Position numbers and translations under genes: made by a program. 64,000 bases of DNA from an uncultured Bacilli bacterium. GTDB taxonomy: Bacteria > Bacillota_I > Bacilli_A > RF39 > UBA660. This document shows, in pieces, positions 54,067 through 64,000 of the stretch. Each line of letters opens with the position of its first letter. Within the stretch, counting starts at the first letter, position 1. The stretch covers positions 16,615 to 80,614 of the forward strand of contig CAKPMB010000001.1 of NCBI GenBank assembly GCA_934167885.1, in the 5' to 3' direction. The notes beneath the pieces were generated by a model. It did no database searches. It was given only the letters and a program-made list of their open reading frames with translations, and had not been told where the DNA came from.

Positions 54067-55719
54067 TTAAAAGCAACTTCCACCAATAAACTCACGAAGA
54101 ATAGAATCATCTGGTATTGCTTCGCTTGGTATTGGTAAGAAAACATCTAAAACTTTTATTAATCTTCTTGCTTCATCATAATTTGGATTATCATATTTAA
54201 CTGAATAAAGAAGTGGTAAAACATATGTTTTTAAAACACAAAATTCATAGATTAAAGATGTATCAAAAACAAAATCCGCTTCATCTTGATATGGGAAAAC
54301 ATATTTTTCTTCACCTTCACGCACACTATCCCATAAATTTAGAGTATCGCTAACATTATATCCACGAGTTCTATTATCACGAACCATTCTTCGTAATAGA
54401 CGATTATCAGTCGTCGACATACGGTTATCACTATCAATATTAACAGATGTTAAAGGTGATAAATATATTTTAAATTTATGTTCTTTATCAATATCAACTA
54501 ATAATTTAGGATTTAAGGCATGTATTCCTTCTATTAAAAGAATATCCTTATCTTGAAGTATCATTTTCTTTTTAAATTCTTTTTCACCTGTTAAAAAATT
54601 AAATTCAGGCATCTTTACTTCTTTACCATTCATTAAATCCGAGATTACTTTATTAAATAACTTTAAATCTAGTGCTTCTAAACATTCAAAGTCATATTCA
54701 CCATTTTCTTTACGTGGCGTATCCACTCTTTCTTTAAAGAAATTATCCATAGAAATCATTTTAGGTGATAATCCTAAACTTCTTAAATACATTGCGAACT
54801 TATTACATGTAGTAGTCTTTCCACTACTAGATGGACCAGCAATAAGTATAATTTTAATTTTATCACTATGTTTAGCAATATCTTTAGCATGATCAAGAAG
54901 CTTATTACTTTGTAATGTTTCACTCATACGAATTAAATCATTAATTTTTGAAGATGAAACTACTTTATTTAAATCAGTAGAGGTCCTAATATTCATTAAT
55001 TTACCCCATTCTTTTGTTTCACGAAATACTTCAAATAATTTTTTATGATGTTCGTATTCTTTAATCTTGTCATTAATATAAACTGTTGGATATTTGATAA
55101 CAAATTCATCATCATCTAAATATTCCAAACCAAATTCATTTAAACAAGAAGTTTCGGCAGGCATTTTGCTAAGAATATAATTATACATATTACCTATTTT
55201 ATATAAATGAACGTATGTATTAGGCAAGTATTCTAATAACCCTACCTTATCCTCATCATTATGCTTTTTAAAATATTCAAAAGCTTCAGTTTTTAACACA
55301 GTTACTTTAACAATAGGTAAGTTAGCTGTTACTACTTCGCGCATTTTATCTTCAACCTTTTTTAAATCATCACGCGTAATTTTTTTAATAGTTTGAACAC
55401 ATAAGGCTTTATCAGCTGAATGTTTAACAATTATACCATTCTTCTTACCAAAAACAGCATTAAAACTATACTTAACTAAAAAGATTAACCCATTTAGATA
55501 TACTCTATTAGCCGTTTTATCAGTTAAATCACAAAACTCAATCTTATCATTACTATGAACAACATTTTGTAATTCTTTATAATGATTATTAACTCTAGCA
55601 AGAATAATTTTATGTTTACTTTCAATATTAAACATTTTACTAAGTTCTAATAAAGTTGTGCTTTTTGAAACCTCCATCTGCATTCCGCTAACTTCTACAT
55701 TTATATTCTCTATTAACAT
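54067..55719 (-). CDS. Uridine/nucleoside kinase-family P-loop protein with an N-terminal TGS/ThrRS-like extension
   Basis: P-loop [11 protein letters not shown] at about residue 295, with C-terminal kinase-like motifs and a ~280-aa N-terminal extension. Architecture as in the Clostridia-type long uridine kinases. Confidence 0.7.
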   Translation of the reverse strand: MLIENINVEVSGMQMEVSKSTTLLELSKMFNIESKHKIILARVNNHYKELQNVVHSNDKIEFCDLTDKTANRVYLNGLIFLVKYSFNAVFGKKNGIIVKHSADKALCVQTIKKITRDDLKKVEDKMREVVTANLPIVKVTVLKTEAFEYFKKHNDEDKVGLLEYLPNTYVHLYKIGNMYNYILSKMPAETSCLNEFGLEYLDDDEFVIKYPTVYINDKIKEYEHHKKLFEVFRETKEWGKLMNIRTSTDLNKVVSSSKINDLIRMSETLQSNKLLDHAKDIAKHSDKIKIILIAGPSSSGKTTTCNKFAMYLRSLGLSPKMISMDNFFKERVDTPRKENGEYDFECLEALDLKLFNKVISDLMNGKEVKMPEFNFLTGEKEFKKKMILQDKDILLIEGIHALNPKLLVDIDKEHKFKIYLSPLTSVNIDSDNRMSTTDNRLLRRMVRDNRTRGYNVSDTLNLWDSVREGEEKYVFPYQDEADFVFDTSLIYEFCVLKTYVLPLLYSVKYDNPNYDEARRLIKVLDVFLPIPSEAIPDDSILREFIGGSCF

Positions 55720-55807
55720 AATTACCTCCTATTTTATTATAACACAATGTTTTAATTTTATAGTGAATAAAATTAGATGCTTTACATATTATAGTAAGGG
55801 TGATTTA

Positions 55808-56386
55808 ATGAATTTAGTTCCAATTATTGTCGATAAAGAACAAAATAGTGAACGTAGTTATGATATATTTTCAAGATTATTAAAAGATAGAATTATTATA
55901 TTAAATGGTGAAATTGATAGCAAACTTTCAAGTATTATTGTTAGTGAACTTTTATATTTAGATTCAATTAGTCAAGAAGATATATTTTTATATATTAATA
56001 GTCCTGGTGGCAGTATTACTGAAGGAATGGCTATTATGGATACAATGAATTATATAAAAAGTGATGTTAAAACTATTTGCCTAGGTCTAGCCGCAAGTAT
56101 GGCAGCTTTCTTACTTTCATGTGGAGCTAAAGGTAAAAGATACATCCTACCTAATGCCGAAGTAATGATTCACCAACCACTTGGTGGCGTGGAAGGACAA
56201 GCTACCGAAATTAAAATTGTCGCTGAGCGAATATTACGATTAAAAAGCAAATTAAATAAAATACTATCAGAAAATACCAATAAATCAATGGATGTTATTG
56301 AGCGTGATACAGAAAGAGATCATTTCTTAACAGCCGAAGAAGCTTTAGAATATGGTATTGTCGATGAAATATTAAAAAATAATTAG
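55808..56386 (+). CDS. clpP: ATP-dependent Clp protease proteolytic subunit
   Basis: [37 protein letters not shown]... with the catalytic triad context (...GLAASMAAF..., HQPLGG). Start set at the internal Met. Confidence 0.9.
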   Translation: MNLVPIIVDKEQNSERSYDIFSRLLKDRIIILNGEIDSKLSSIIVSELLYLDSISQEDIFLYINSPGGSITEGMAIMDTMNYIKSDVKTICLGLAASMAAFLLSCGAKGKRYILPNAEVMIHQPLGGVEGQATEIKIVAERILRLKSKLNKILSENTNKSMDVIERDTERDHFLTAEEALEYGIVDEILKNN

Positions 56387-56393
56387 CCCAAAA

Positions 56394-57767
56394 CTAATTA
56401 TTTTTTAATTCATCAATATAATTTAATACTTTTTCTTTTAAACTATTCATTTTATCTTCATCACGTGATTCAATTCTAACAGTTAAATTAGGTCCAGTGT
56501 TAGAGGCCCTTACTAAAATCCATGAGTCATCTAATTCAATCCTAACACCATCTATATCATTAACTTTAACATTCAATTTAGATGCTGCTTCTTTGATTTT
56601 TTCAACAATAGCAAATTTATTATCTTCACGCACCAAGACCTTTATCTCCGGAGTTCCATAAACCTTACTAAGACCACCGCGTAATTCACTAAGTTTCTTA
56701 TTAGTATTACTCATAACTTCAATCATACGAAGACCTGCATATAATCCATCATCCGTGCCAATCCATTTATCGCGGAAAAAGACATGTCCCGAATATTCCC
56801 CACCAAAATCAAAGTCACCTGTCTGCATTTTTAAATTTTGATATGAATTACCAGTTCGATTCATTACAGGTTTAATATTAAGTTTTTTTAATTCATCAGT
56901 TAGAGTCATACCACATTTTACATCAAATAAAGCACTTCTATTTTTTAATTTATCATTTAAATAACGATACATAATAACCATATACTCTTCAGTAGTTAAA
57001 ATATAACCATTTTCATCAACAACACCAATTCTATCAGCATCACCGTCTAAACCAATACCTATTTGAGCATGGCATTCCACTACCTTTTGTGATAATTCCA
57101 TCATCTTTTCTTTAACAGAAGGATCCAAATATTCCGTTGGAATACTTAAATCTTTTTTTTCATTTAAAATAACACAGTCAAGATTTAATCTTTTCATAAT
57201 GTCAGCAACAACAACCGAAGATGTGCCATTACCTAAATCCACTACTACTTTTAAGTTATTATCTTTAATTGAAAGAGATGATTCTAATAAATTTAAATAA
57301 GCTTCTTTTATATTTTTTTTAGTAACACTACCATGTCCATTATCAAAAACTAATTGATTAGTAAACTTACCAAATTCTTTAATGGTATCACCATAAGCAT
57401 TACCGATATTTTCAAACGATATTTTAAAACCATTATATTCACTAGGATTATGACTTGCTGTTATCATAACGGCAGTTGGAATAGAAAAATATTTACGAGC
57501 AAAATAAAACATAGGAGTTGTTACCAAACCAACATCAATAACATTACTACCAGAATCAATTATACCCTTAATTAAACCATTTGATAATATTGGTGATGAA
57601 ACACGATTATCATGTCCTACAACCACCGTATTTTGATGATACTTCTTTATATAAGTTCCAAAACTACGACCTAACGTATAAGCAACATCCTCACTTAAAT
57701 CATCACCATATATTCCCCTTATATCATACTCTCTAAACACGCGATCATTAATCTTAACTAAATTCAT
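56394..57767 (-). CDS. Phosphohexomutase (phosphomannomutase/phosphoglucomutase family)
   Basis: The N-terminus FREYDIRGIYGDDL and the active-site sequence TASHNP. 457 aa. More PMM/PGM-like than GlmM-like. Confidence 0.8.
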   Translation of the reverse strand: MNLVKINDRVFREYDIRGIYGDDLSEDVAYTLGRSFGTYIKKYHQNTVVVGHDNRVSSPILSNGLIKGIIDSGSNVIDVGLVTTPMFYFARKYFSIPTAVMITASHNPSEYNGFKISFENIGNAYGDTIKEFGKFTNQLVFDNGHGSVTKKNIKEAYLNLLESSLSIKDNNLKVVVDLGNGTSSVVVADIMKRLNLDCVILNEKKDLSIPTEYLDPSVKEKMMELSQKVVECHAQIGIGLDGDADRIGVVDENGYILTTEEYMVIMYRYLNDKLKNRSALFDVKCGMTLTDELKKLNIKPVMNRTGNSYQNLKMQTGDFDFGGEYSGHVFFRDKWIGTDDGLYAGLRMIEVMSNTNKKLSELRGGLSKVYGTPEIKVLVREDNKFAIVEKIKEAASKLNVKVNDIDGVRIELDDSWILVRASNTGPNLTVRIESRDEDKMNSLKEKVLNYIDELKNN

Positions 57768-57946
57768 TACTTATTCTCCTTTTCATAAAAATAATTATTA
57801 TCTTTAAAATGTAGGTATTATTACAAGTTATAAAATACCATTTCTATCATTTAATATACCAGTATTATATCATAAAAATAAGAATAATTATAAAAACTAT
57901 TCTTATTGACATTATAAAACTAATTTAAATGTTATTTTAATTTAAC

Positions 57947-60505
57947 CTATCTTAGTGTCAATTGGTACGGATTCTCTACCGTTCCATCACCACTTGATAT
58001 CAGAAGATCAGATCGTAGATTGATAACTGCGCGCACGCCCAACCAGAAGGAAACGTAGTTCCAAGGACTCAACAAGCCGGTCGGGCGGACATCCCAGACG
58101 CCAACGCCAGCATACGACGCATCGAAGCGAGAAGGCGTCATTGTCCAGAAGTATCCATTGGTCCGTAGGTAGTAATTTTCATTTTTGGTATTATATTTGC
58201 CACCTGCTAAAGCTACTTCATCAACCGTTATTAAAGCAGTGGGATACGTTAGTTTAGCATTGCCACGGGATGATGTTGTGCTAAATTGGTCGCGCATATC
58301 ACTAGAACATTTTAAAGTTGCTGTTTTATTAATATTTTGATAAAGCCTTGTGTATGGAGAATAGAATGTATGTTGACCTAGCTTGTATCCTGAGTTATAT
58401 GTCCTATCTGTTATACTACGATCATTGCAAAACTTTGCATCTACAATGTAATTTGTTAATAAATTACCATCAGCATCCGTTTTACCAACAATGTTTGTGG
58501 CATACCATTTATCTAGCTGTGTCTTAGCATTACTTGATACTTCATTTGTTCTTGTGCCATCCAAACTTGTGGATGAATATGAATAATATTGCACTTTCGC
58601 ACTTGTTTCTGACACTAAACTATTTACTTTTATCAATACCTGACATGAGCCTGTGGAACTTGTGCTTTGGCATGTGTATGGATATGTTCCAAACTCATCT
58701 TTCATTTCACTAAACGTGCCTTGTTTCATGTTGCCTTTTAATTTGTAATTCTCAGTGGATTCATCAAACTCATAATCATCGGCAAAGTAATATTTTGTAG
58801 CGACTACAATATCATAATACGTTGTTTCATCACTTATTTGATGTTCAAAATTCTTACCATACATATAACCGACATAGGTTGGATCGGGATATTTGGTGCT
58901 ATATTGATATGTTGTATTATTTATAGCTGTATTATTACCAGTAGCATTGGCAGTTTTGCCATTATATATTAATCTTAAACTTCCATCACCATTGGTTCTT
59001 ATTATTTTCCAATAGTATCCTCCAAAATAAACATTATTATTTTGAACATCACCTCGGTAATAATAAACATCACCATAATCATCTTCTGTTTTATATAAAC
59101 CAACTTCTGATCTAATGGAACTGGCAATCTTATATGTTCTCTTATCAGCCTTGGTGATCTTATGATTAGTTGTTGATACATCAACGGCTTTTATATAATA
59201 TATATTGCTTAAATCAGAGTTTCTCATATTAGTTCCACCGCCGGTCCAATAGCCTATATAATTATCACTTAAATAATCGGTTGTTATTGTTCCGGTTAAT
59301 TTAAAAGTTCCGGTTTTCTCATCAAAACTATAACTCTTTGCAAAATAATATTTATACCCTGTGATGCTGTATGGATTTGATACATCTTCTGTTAATTGTT
59401 CAATATATGTATAAGTTGGAGCGGTATCATTTAAATTTGGTTCACCTTTATTAGCAATATTCATTTTGGCAACATCAACGGACTCACTTAAACTATCACT
59501 TACTAACATACAATCTGCTAGTTTGGCAAAACCATTATTTAAACAATAATTGTTTCCTTTTACTTCTATTCTTTTAATAAAACTTTGAACGGTCTCATCA
59601 TTCTTACTAACTTCTAACTGCACATTGGTATTACCATTGGCATCATTATTGGGACTAACAAATACTTGAACTTCAACGGTTTTATTTTTATCAAATTGAT
59701 ATGTTAAATCTAGATTATCAGTTTGCGTGCTTGATGAATTACCTTCACTATCTTTATAACTAAACTTAATGTCACTATTAGTTCCTGTTACTTTTAAATT
59801 CATCTTATCATTGCTTGCAAGACCAGCATCTTCAGCATTAACATAATTACTTATCTTGGCAATGAAGTATGCTTTATTATTTTCAACATATGTATCACTG
59901 GTTTCCATCGATAAAGGCATGTTCATCGTTTCTAAGCCGGCGTCTACATTCACTTTAAAGTTTAAATAACTATTCGCCCATTCTGTTGCTTTATAACTAG
60001 CATTTGTATCAGTATCACTTATCGTGGTCTCTTCATCTACCCAGAATCTTAAAGTGTAATTCTTAGTTGTTTCGGTATATGTCTTCGCATCTATCTTGTC
60101 TACATAGATTCTTCGATTATTAAAGTCACTATACCTTATTCCATCTATTAAGACTTTGCCATCACACTCTAGGTATATCATAATGTATTTAGCGTCTATT
60201 CTTATTTTATTACTTACTTCTTCACCATAATTTAAAGTAATACCATAATATATATCTCTATCACTCGTATTTTTACTTAATACTTTGAAACTAACTTTAT
60301 TATCGTCTCGTGCCATAGCTTCTTCTTTGGTTTCTGGAAAACCACTTGTTATACTAACTTCATTGTCTTCTAAGAAGTTTAAGTATATTTCACCATTTAG
60401 AATATCTTCCATTCCCCCATACTTTTGATAAGTATAGAAAGCATAGCTTCCGCCTAACAATAAGACTAGGCCAAATACTATTAATATATTCTTCCTAGTC
60501 TTCAT
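57947..60505 (-). CDS. Large secreted or cell-surface protein of unknown function with a compositionally aberrant 3' end
   Basis: Signal peptide MKTRKNILIVFGLVLLLGGSYA (start set at the ATG; the ORF-track start is a TTG). S/T/N/Y-rich beta-type sequence. Internal duplicated motif KYYFA.-Y.FDE.T..YKL.G. The last ~65 codons are GC-rich. Confidence 0.6.
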   Translation of the reverse strand: MKTRKNILIVFGLVLLLGGSYAFYTYQKYGGMEDILNGEIYLNFLEDNEVSITSGFPETKEEAMARDDNKVSFKVLSKNTSDRDIYYGITLNYGEEVSNKIRIDAKYIMIYLECDGKVLIDGIRYSDFNNRRIYVDKIDAKTYTETTKNYTLRFWVDEETTISDTDTNASYKATEWANSYLNFKVNVDAGLETMNMPLSMETSDTYVENNKAYFIAKISNYVNAEDAGLASNDKMNLKVTGTNSDIKFSYKDSEGNSSSTQTDNLDLTYQFDKNKTVEVQVFVSPNNDANGNTNVQLEVSKNDETVQSFIKRIEVKGNNYCLNNGFAKLADCMLVSDSLSESVDVAKMNIANKGEPNLNDTAPTYTYIEQLTEDVSNPYSITGYKYYFAKSYSFDEKTGTFKLTGTITTDYLSDNYIGYWTGGGTNMRNSDLSNIYYIKAVDVSTTNHKITKADKRTYKIASSIRSEVGLYKTEDDYGDVYYYRGDVQNNNVYFGGYYWKIIRTNGDGSLRLIYNGKTANATGNNTAINNTTYQYSTKYPDPTYVGYMYGKNFEHQISDETTYYDIVVATKYYFADDYEFDESTENYKLKGNMKQGTFSEMKDEFGTYPYTCQSTSSTGSCQVLIKVNSLVSETSAKVQYYSYSSTSLDGTRTNEVSSNAKTQLDKWYATNIVGKTDADGNLLTNYIVDAKFCNDRSITDRTYNSGYKLGQHTFYSPYTRLYQNINKTATLKCSSDMRDQFSTTSSRGNAKLTYPTALITVDEVALAGGKYNTKNENYYLRTNGYFWTMTPSRFDASYAGVGVWDVRPTGLLSPWNYVSFWLGVRAVINLRSDLLISSGDGTVENPYQLTLR

Positions 60506-60590
60506 ATTGAACACCACATAAAAGAACAAGACTTAATCTTGTTCTACCTTGTTTACACTCTAAATTAGGTTTGTTACTTAATAAAGTAAC

Positions 60591-60599
60591 CCCCCCCCA
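60591..60599. repeat. Homopolymeric C9 (G9 on the coding strand) tract upstream of the surface-protein gene
   Basis: ccccccccc at 60591-60599, the only G/C homopolymer longer than about 5 nt in this 28%-GC window. It sits 86-94 nt upstream of the ATG and directly abuts the palindrome TTACTTAATAAAGTAA. Confidence 0.9.
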
Positions 60600-60694
60600 T
60601 ATTGACATTATTTGACACTTTTTATCATATCCTTTACCTTATTTTTATACCACCATTTTAGCAAAAGTCATGATAAATGTCCATACTATTTTAA

Positions 60695-61615
60695 CTAAAC
60701 AATTTTAGACGCAAACTCTTTTATTTTGCGAAAACGATGATTTAAGCCTGACTTAGTAATATCTTTACCTGTTTCTAAAGAGATAATTTCACTTAATTCT
60801 AGTAGTGAAGTTTCAGGATATTTTTCACGATATCTTATTGCTTCTTTTAATTTATCATCTAATAAATCATATGTCCCGGTATCTCTTATCTTTTTTATAT
60901 CTTTTAATTGTTCATTACAAGTAGTAATTATCTTATCAATATTTGCTTGTTCCATATTATTAAGACGATTAGTCATATTTTTATGATCACGATATATTCT
61001 TATATCTTCATAATACATAATGGCATTATTAGCACATACAATACGTAGGAAGTCACCAATTTTTTCTGCTTCTTTTATATAAACCATATATTTCTTATCT
61101 TTTAAAGTTACTTTGCTATTTAAATAAAATTCATTTAATAACTTATTAATAAATTCAGCTTCTTCTTGTCGATTTATAAAAAATTCTAAATGATAACGAC
61201 TTGTCTTAGGATCATTAATACTTCCACAAATTAAGAAGACACCTGCTAAATAAGCACGCTTTTCTTCTTCACTACCAATAATGTAACTAGCGGGAAGTGG
61301 TAAAGTATTAAATGCCTCATCAATTACCGATAAATCTTTAAGAATTAATGAAACCTTATCAGTAACACTTATAATATATAGTCTATTGCGATTAAAAGAA
61401 TTGTTTTTGTCTAAAATTAAAGGATTAACATTGTATATTTCTTTAATTAATAAATAAATCTTTTTAGCAACACGTGAATTTTCAGTAATAATCTCAATTT
61501 TTTCTTTAGAGATAAGACCATTATTTCTAATAATAGCAGATAACATCGCTATTTTAGCATTTTGATCATATTCATTTTTTGCTATTTCATTTTTTACTTC
61601 TTGAGTATATGACAT
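60695..61615 (-). CDS. whiA: Sporulation/cell-division transcription regulator WhiA
   Basis: 306 aa with LAGLIDADG-like N-terminal repeats and a C-terminal HTH (...LLELSEIISLETGKDITKSGLNHRFRKI). It lies next to trxB as in B. subtilis (yvcL). Confidence 0.85.
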   Translation of the reverse strand: MSYTQEVKNEIAKNEYDQNAKIAMLSAIIRNNGLISKEKIEIITENSRVAKKIYLLIKEIYNVNPLILDKNNSFNRNRLYIISVTDKVSLILKDLSVIDEAFNTLPLPASYIIGSEEEKRAYLAGVFLICGSINDPKTSRYHLEFFINRQEEAEFINKLLNEFYLNSKVTLKDKKYMVYIKEAEKIGDFLRIVCANNAIMYYEDIRIYRDHKNMTNRLNNMEQANIDKIITTCNEQLKDIKKIRDTGTYDLLDDKLKEAIRYREKYPETSLLELSEIISLETGKDITKSGLNHRFRKIKEFASKIV

Positions 61616-62517
61616 TACTTTCTATTTAACTCCTTAATTACACTTGTTGCAGCAATTGCACCATCACTTGCAGCGGTAACTAATTGATATAAACTTTTTT
61701 TAACAACATCACCACAAGCATATATACCATCAATATTTGTTTTCATATCGCTATTAACTTTGATATAGTTACCATCAAGTTCTAAGTTTAAATCAGCGAA
61801 AATATTAGGAGTGCTACCAATGTATACAAATAAACCATCAGTTTTTAACTTTTTAATTTCATCAGCATGTTTATATTTAACACCTACTAGTTTACCATCT
61901 TTTTCAAGTAACTCTTGCACCATTGAACTATACAATATTTTAATATTTTTAGTTTTCTTGACATCTTCCAAAATATGTTCTTGACACTTAAAGTAATCAT
62001 ATTTTGCCATTATTGTAACTTTTGAACACAAAGTTGAAAGATATAATGCTTCTTCTAAGGCTGAGTCACCTGTTCCTACTACAATAACATTTTTATCCTT
62101 AAAAAGAGGCGCATCACATAAAGCACAGTAACTTACACCATGGCCGGTTAATTCTTTTTCAAGTGGAACGTTTAATTTACGATTTTCTTTCCCTGTTGAT
62201 AAAATTAAATATGATGCTTCATATTCTTTAGAACTTGTTTTAACAATTTTTTTATTCTCTAAAGATACAATATTTTTAACCGTATCGAAGACAATTTCAA
62301 TGTTATTATCTTTAATTTGATTATACATAAGCATTGAAAAATCAGGACCACTTATTTCACTTATACCAGGATAATTTTTTACCGAACTTGTCGTATTGAT
62401 AGCACCACCTGGCATGCCTTTTTCAATTATCAAAACTTTCTTATTTGCTCTTTTTAAATACAAAGCAGCGGTCATTCCCGCTATTCCAGCTCCTACAACA
62501 ATAACATCATATTTCAT
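61615..62517 (-). CDS. trxB: Thioredoxin-disulfide reductase
   Basis: FAD motif VIVVGAGIAGMTAA, redox-active CALC in GVSYCALCDA, NADPH motif VVGTGDSALEEA. 300 aa. Confidence 0.85.
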   Translation of the reverse strand: MKYDVIVVGAGIAGMTAALYLKRANKKVLIIEKGMPGGAINTTSSVKNYPGISEISGPDFSMLMYNQIKDNNIEIVFDTVKNIVSLENKKIVKTSSKEYEASYLILSTGKENRKLNVPLEKELTGHGVSYCALCDAPLFKDKNVIVVGTGDSALEEALYLSTLCSKVTIMAKYDYFKCQEHILEDVKKTKNIKILYSSMVQELLEKDGKLVGVKYKHADEIKKLKTDGLFVYIGSTPNIFADLNLELDGNYIKVNSDMKTNIDGIYACGDVVKKSLYQLVTAASDGAIAATSVIKELNRK

Positions 62518-63299
62518 TTTTTCACCTCATTATATAATAAATTTTTTCTTGATTTAATCATTAACCCAACTCCTAAAATGACAAAAACTAAAGATACAAG
62601 TTGAGCTATTCGAATACTACCTAGCATTAGACTATCAGTTCTTAAACCTTCCACAATGAATCTGACAATACCATACCATATAAAATAAATTGATACAATC
62701 ATTCCATCATGGATTTTTTTATTTCTTCTAAATATAAGTAAGAAAATAAAACAAAATAAATTTAAAACTGATTCGTATAAAAAGGTTGGATGATAATATT
62801 TACCATCAATATGCATACCATTAATAATAAAATTAGGAAGGTGCAAACGAACTAAAAAATCTCTTGTAACTTCGCAACCATGGGCTTCACCATTAAAAAA
62901 ATTACCCCATCTTCCAAGAATTTGACCAATAAGTAATGATACACACAAAATATCTAAAATTTTCCAAAAAGGCATCTTTTTCTTTTTACAAAAATAATAA
63001 ATCACTATAGATGCGGCGATGATACCACCATGAATAGCAAGTCCACCATGCCATACCGCTAGAATTTCATCTGGATTATGAAGATAATAATCTAAATTAA
63101 ACAATACATAATAAATACGTGCACCAAGTAACCCAAAAATAATAGCATAAAAGACCATATTAAAAAAATCTTCTTTATTAATATGGTGCTTTTTAACTTC
63201 TAAATAAGCAATTACACCACCAATAATAACGCCACATAAAATAGCTAATGAATACCAATATATTTGAAAAAAACCTAAATCTATTGCAACTCTATTCAT
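62514..63299 (-). CDS. lgt: Prolipoprotein diacylglyceryl transferase
   Basis: Polytopic membrane protein with the Lgt signature (...HPTFLYESVLNLF...GWGNFFNGEAHG). Confidence 0.85.
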   Translation of the reverse strand: MNRVAIDLGFFQIYWYSLAILCGVIIGGVIAYLEVKKHHINKEDFFNMVFYAIIFGLLGARIYYVLFNLDYYLHNPDEILAVWHGGLAIHGGIIAASIVIYYFCKKKKMPFWKILDILCVSLLIGQILGRWGNFFNGEAHGCEVTRDFLVRLHLPNFIINGMHIDGKYYHPTFLYESVLNLFCFIFLLIFRRNKKIHDGMIVSIYFIWYGIVRFIVEGLRTDSLMLGSIRIAQLVSLVFVILGVGLMIKSRKNLLYNEVKK

Positions 63300-63359
63300 A
63301 AATTCACCCTTAATAAGTATATAATATCTTATTAAGATTTACAAATAAATGCTATAAAT

Positions 63360-63848
63360 TTAAATTTCTTTTATTACCCACGAACCATTTTTAAAAGTAG
63401 CTCTACATTTAATACTAACTTTAGCAAGAGAAGATTTTGTTTTAGAAACAACTAATTCTATTTTATCTTTTGTTTTATTGGTTTTAATAATTTCTGTATT
63501 TATATATATTCCTTCTAGCGAACCATTCTCATCAAAATAATTACCATTTTTAAGTTCTAAATATGAAATATTAATAACCTTATCATTGTAAGACGTTAAG
63601 TAACTAATTATTCCTTGAGCGTATGATGCATCTATAATGTTAAAACTATCAACTGATATTGCAATATACGAAGCATCATCATTTAAGTTTTCTTTTTCAT
63701 TCATAACTAAGTGAACAACATCTTCATACAACATTAAAAATTCTTCATTACCAGGTTGAATTTTAGGAGTTGATAAATATATATATAAAGGTATCGCTAC
63801 TAAAATAACAATAACTAAAACTACCAAAATTATAGATCGCTTCTTCAT
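63360..63848 (-). CDS. Hypothetical membrane-anchored protein
   Basis: N-terminal TM (IILVVLVIVILVAIPLYIYL) followed by a ~130-aa beta-rich domain. Confidence 0.45.
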   Translation of the reverse strand: MKKRSIILVVLVIVILVAIPLYIYLSTPKIQPGNEEFLMLYEDVVHLVMNEKENLNDDASYIAISVDSFNIIDASYAQGIISYLTSYNDKVINISYLELKNGNYFDENGSLEGIYINTEIIKTNKTKDKIELVVSKTKSSLAKVSIKCRATFKNGSWVIKEI

Positions 63849-63916
63849 ACCATCCTCCTATTTTAGGATAGCATAAGGCTAGTTATTTGTCAAAAAAGAA
63901 AAAGCTAATATTTCTA

Positions 63917-64000
63917 TTAACTTTTCAAAATTTTCGCTAAAAATTCACCGGTATAACTTTCTTTAACCTTACTTACTTCCTCTGGTGTTCCTAAAGCAAC
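63917..64000 (-). CDS. uvrA: 3' end of an excinuclease ABC subunit A-like gene (partial)
   Basis: Reverse translation gives ...VALGTPEEVSKVKESYTGEFLAKILKS*, which resembles the UvrA C-terminus (GTPEE..K...SYTG.FL). Only 27 codons are visible. Confidence 0.4.
   Translation of the reverse strand, partial: VALGTPEEVSKVKESYTGEFLAKILKS

Noticed and set aside
60602-60617. Two TTGACA hexamers on the plus strand after the C9 tract, considered as a promoter for a plus-strand sRNA
   Set aside because: There is no convincing -10 element or downstream plus-strand gene. Retained only as context for the poly-C finding.
63309-63336. 9-bp perfect inverted repeat CTTAATAAG-N10-CTTATTAAG between lgt and the upstream hypothetical gene
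   Set aside because: There is no flanking U-run on either strand, so it is not a classic terminator. It could be an operator but there is nothing to tie it to a regulator, so I left it unscored.
1-64000. Mobile-element, prophage or genomic-island boundaries
   Set aside because: No integrase, transposase, recombinase, tRNA target or flanking direct repeats were recognised. Apart from the GC-rich 3' end of the surface-protein gene, composition is uniformly AT-rich.

Overview
The window is a 64-kb chromosomal stretch from a low-GC (about 28%) Gram-positive Firmicute, almost entirely coding and mostly on the minus strand. Spo0A, a CwlJ/SleB-type cortex hydrolase and WhiA place it in a sporulating or recently sporulating lineage. 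A FemAB-family protein and a 19-repeat DUF285/BspA-type LRR protein are compatible with Erysipelotrichia or a related Clostridia-like lineage, but this is a guess. Recognisable core genes are tuf (partial), fusA, rpsG and rpsL. Further along are spo0A, proS, tpiA, a ugtP-like glycosyltransferase, pgk, rpoC, rpoB and a ybxB-like methyltransferase. The rpsF-ssb-rpsR operon, rplI and dnaB form an operon with M23/LysM, YycJ-like MBL, rlmH, AGCS and ung genes, followed by a VanY-like M15 peptidase. The last third holds clpB with an upstream CIRCE site, ftsEX, gap, a TGS-uridine-kinase fusion, clpP and a phosphohexomutase. It ends with whiA, trxB, lgt and the 3' end of uvrA. No integrase, transposase, CRISPR array, rRNA or tRNA was seen. 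The usual rpoB-rpoC-rpsL-rpsG-fusA-tuf cluster is split by about 15.5 kb (3864-19327) carrying hypothetical membrane proteins, a COG1373 AAA ATPase, a J-domain protein, CtpA, FemAB, spo0A, proS, an HNH protein, dispersed glycolytic genes and a DUF2828/vWA protein. The most interesting items are: (i) a membrane-anchored cohesin/cadherin-like protein translationally coupled to a secreted DUF285-LRR protein ending in a dockerin module, (ii) the 78-bp tandem DNA repeats inside that LRR gene, (iii) a C9 tract next to a perfect palindrome upstream of an 860-aa surface-protein gene, (iv) the same gene's GC-rich (about 55%) 3' end, (v) an uncharacterised three-gene operon beside ybxB-rpoB with a shared helical repeat and a long acidic linker, (vi) an N-domain-less ClpB with a textbook CIRCE site overlapping its promoter, and (vii) an acidic C-terminal tail on RpoB. 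All calls rest on reading the six-frame translations and the DNA by eye. No database search was run.
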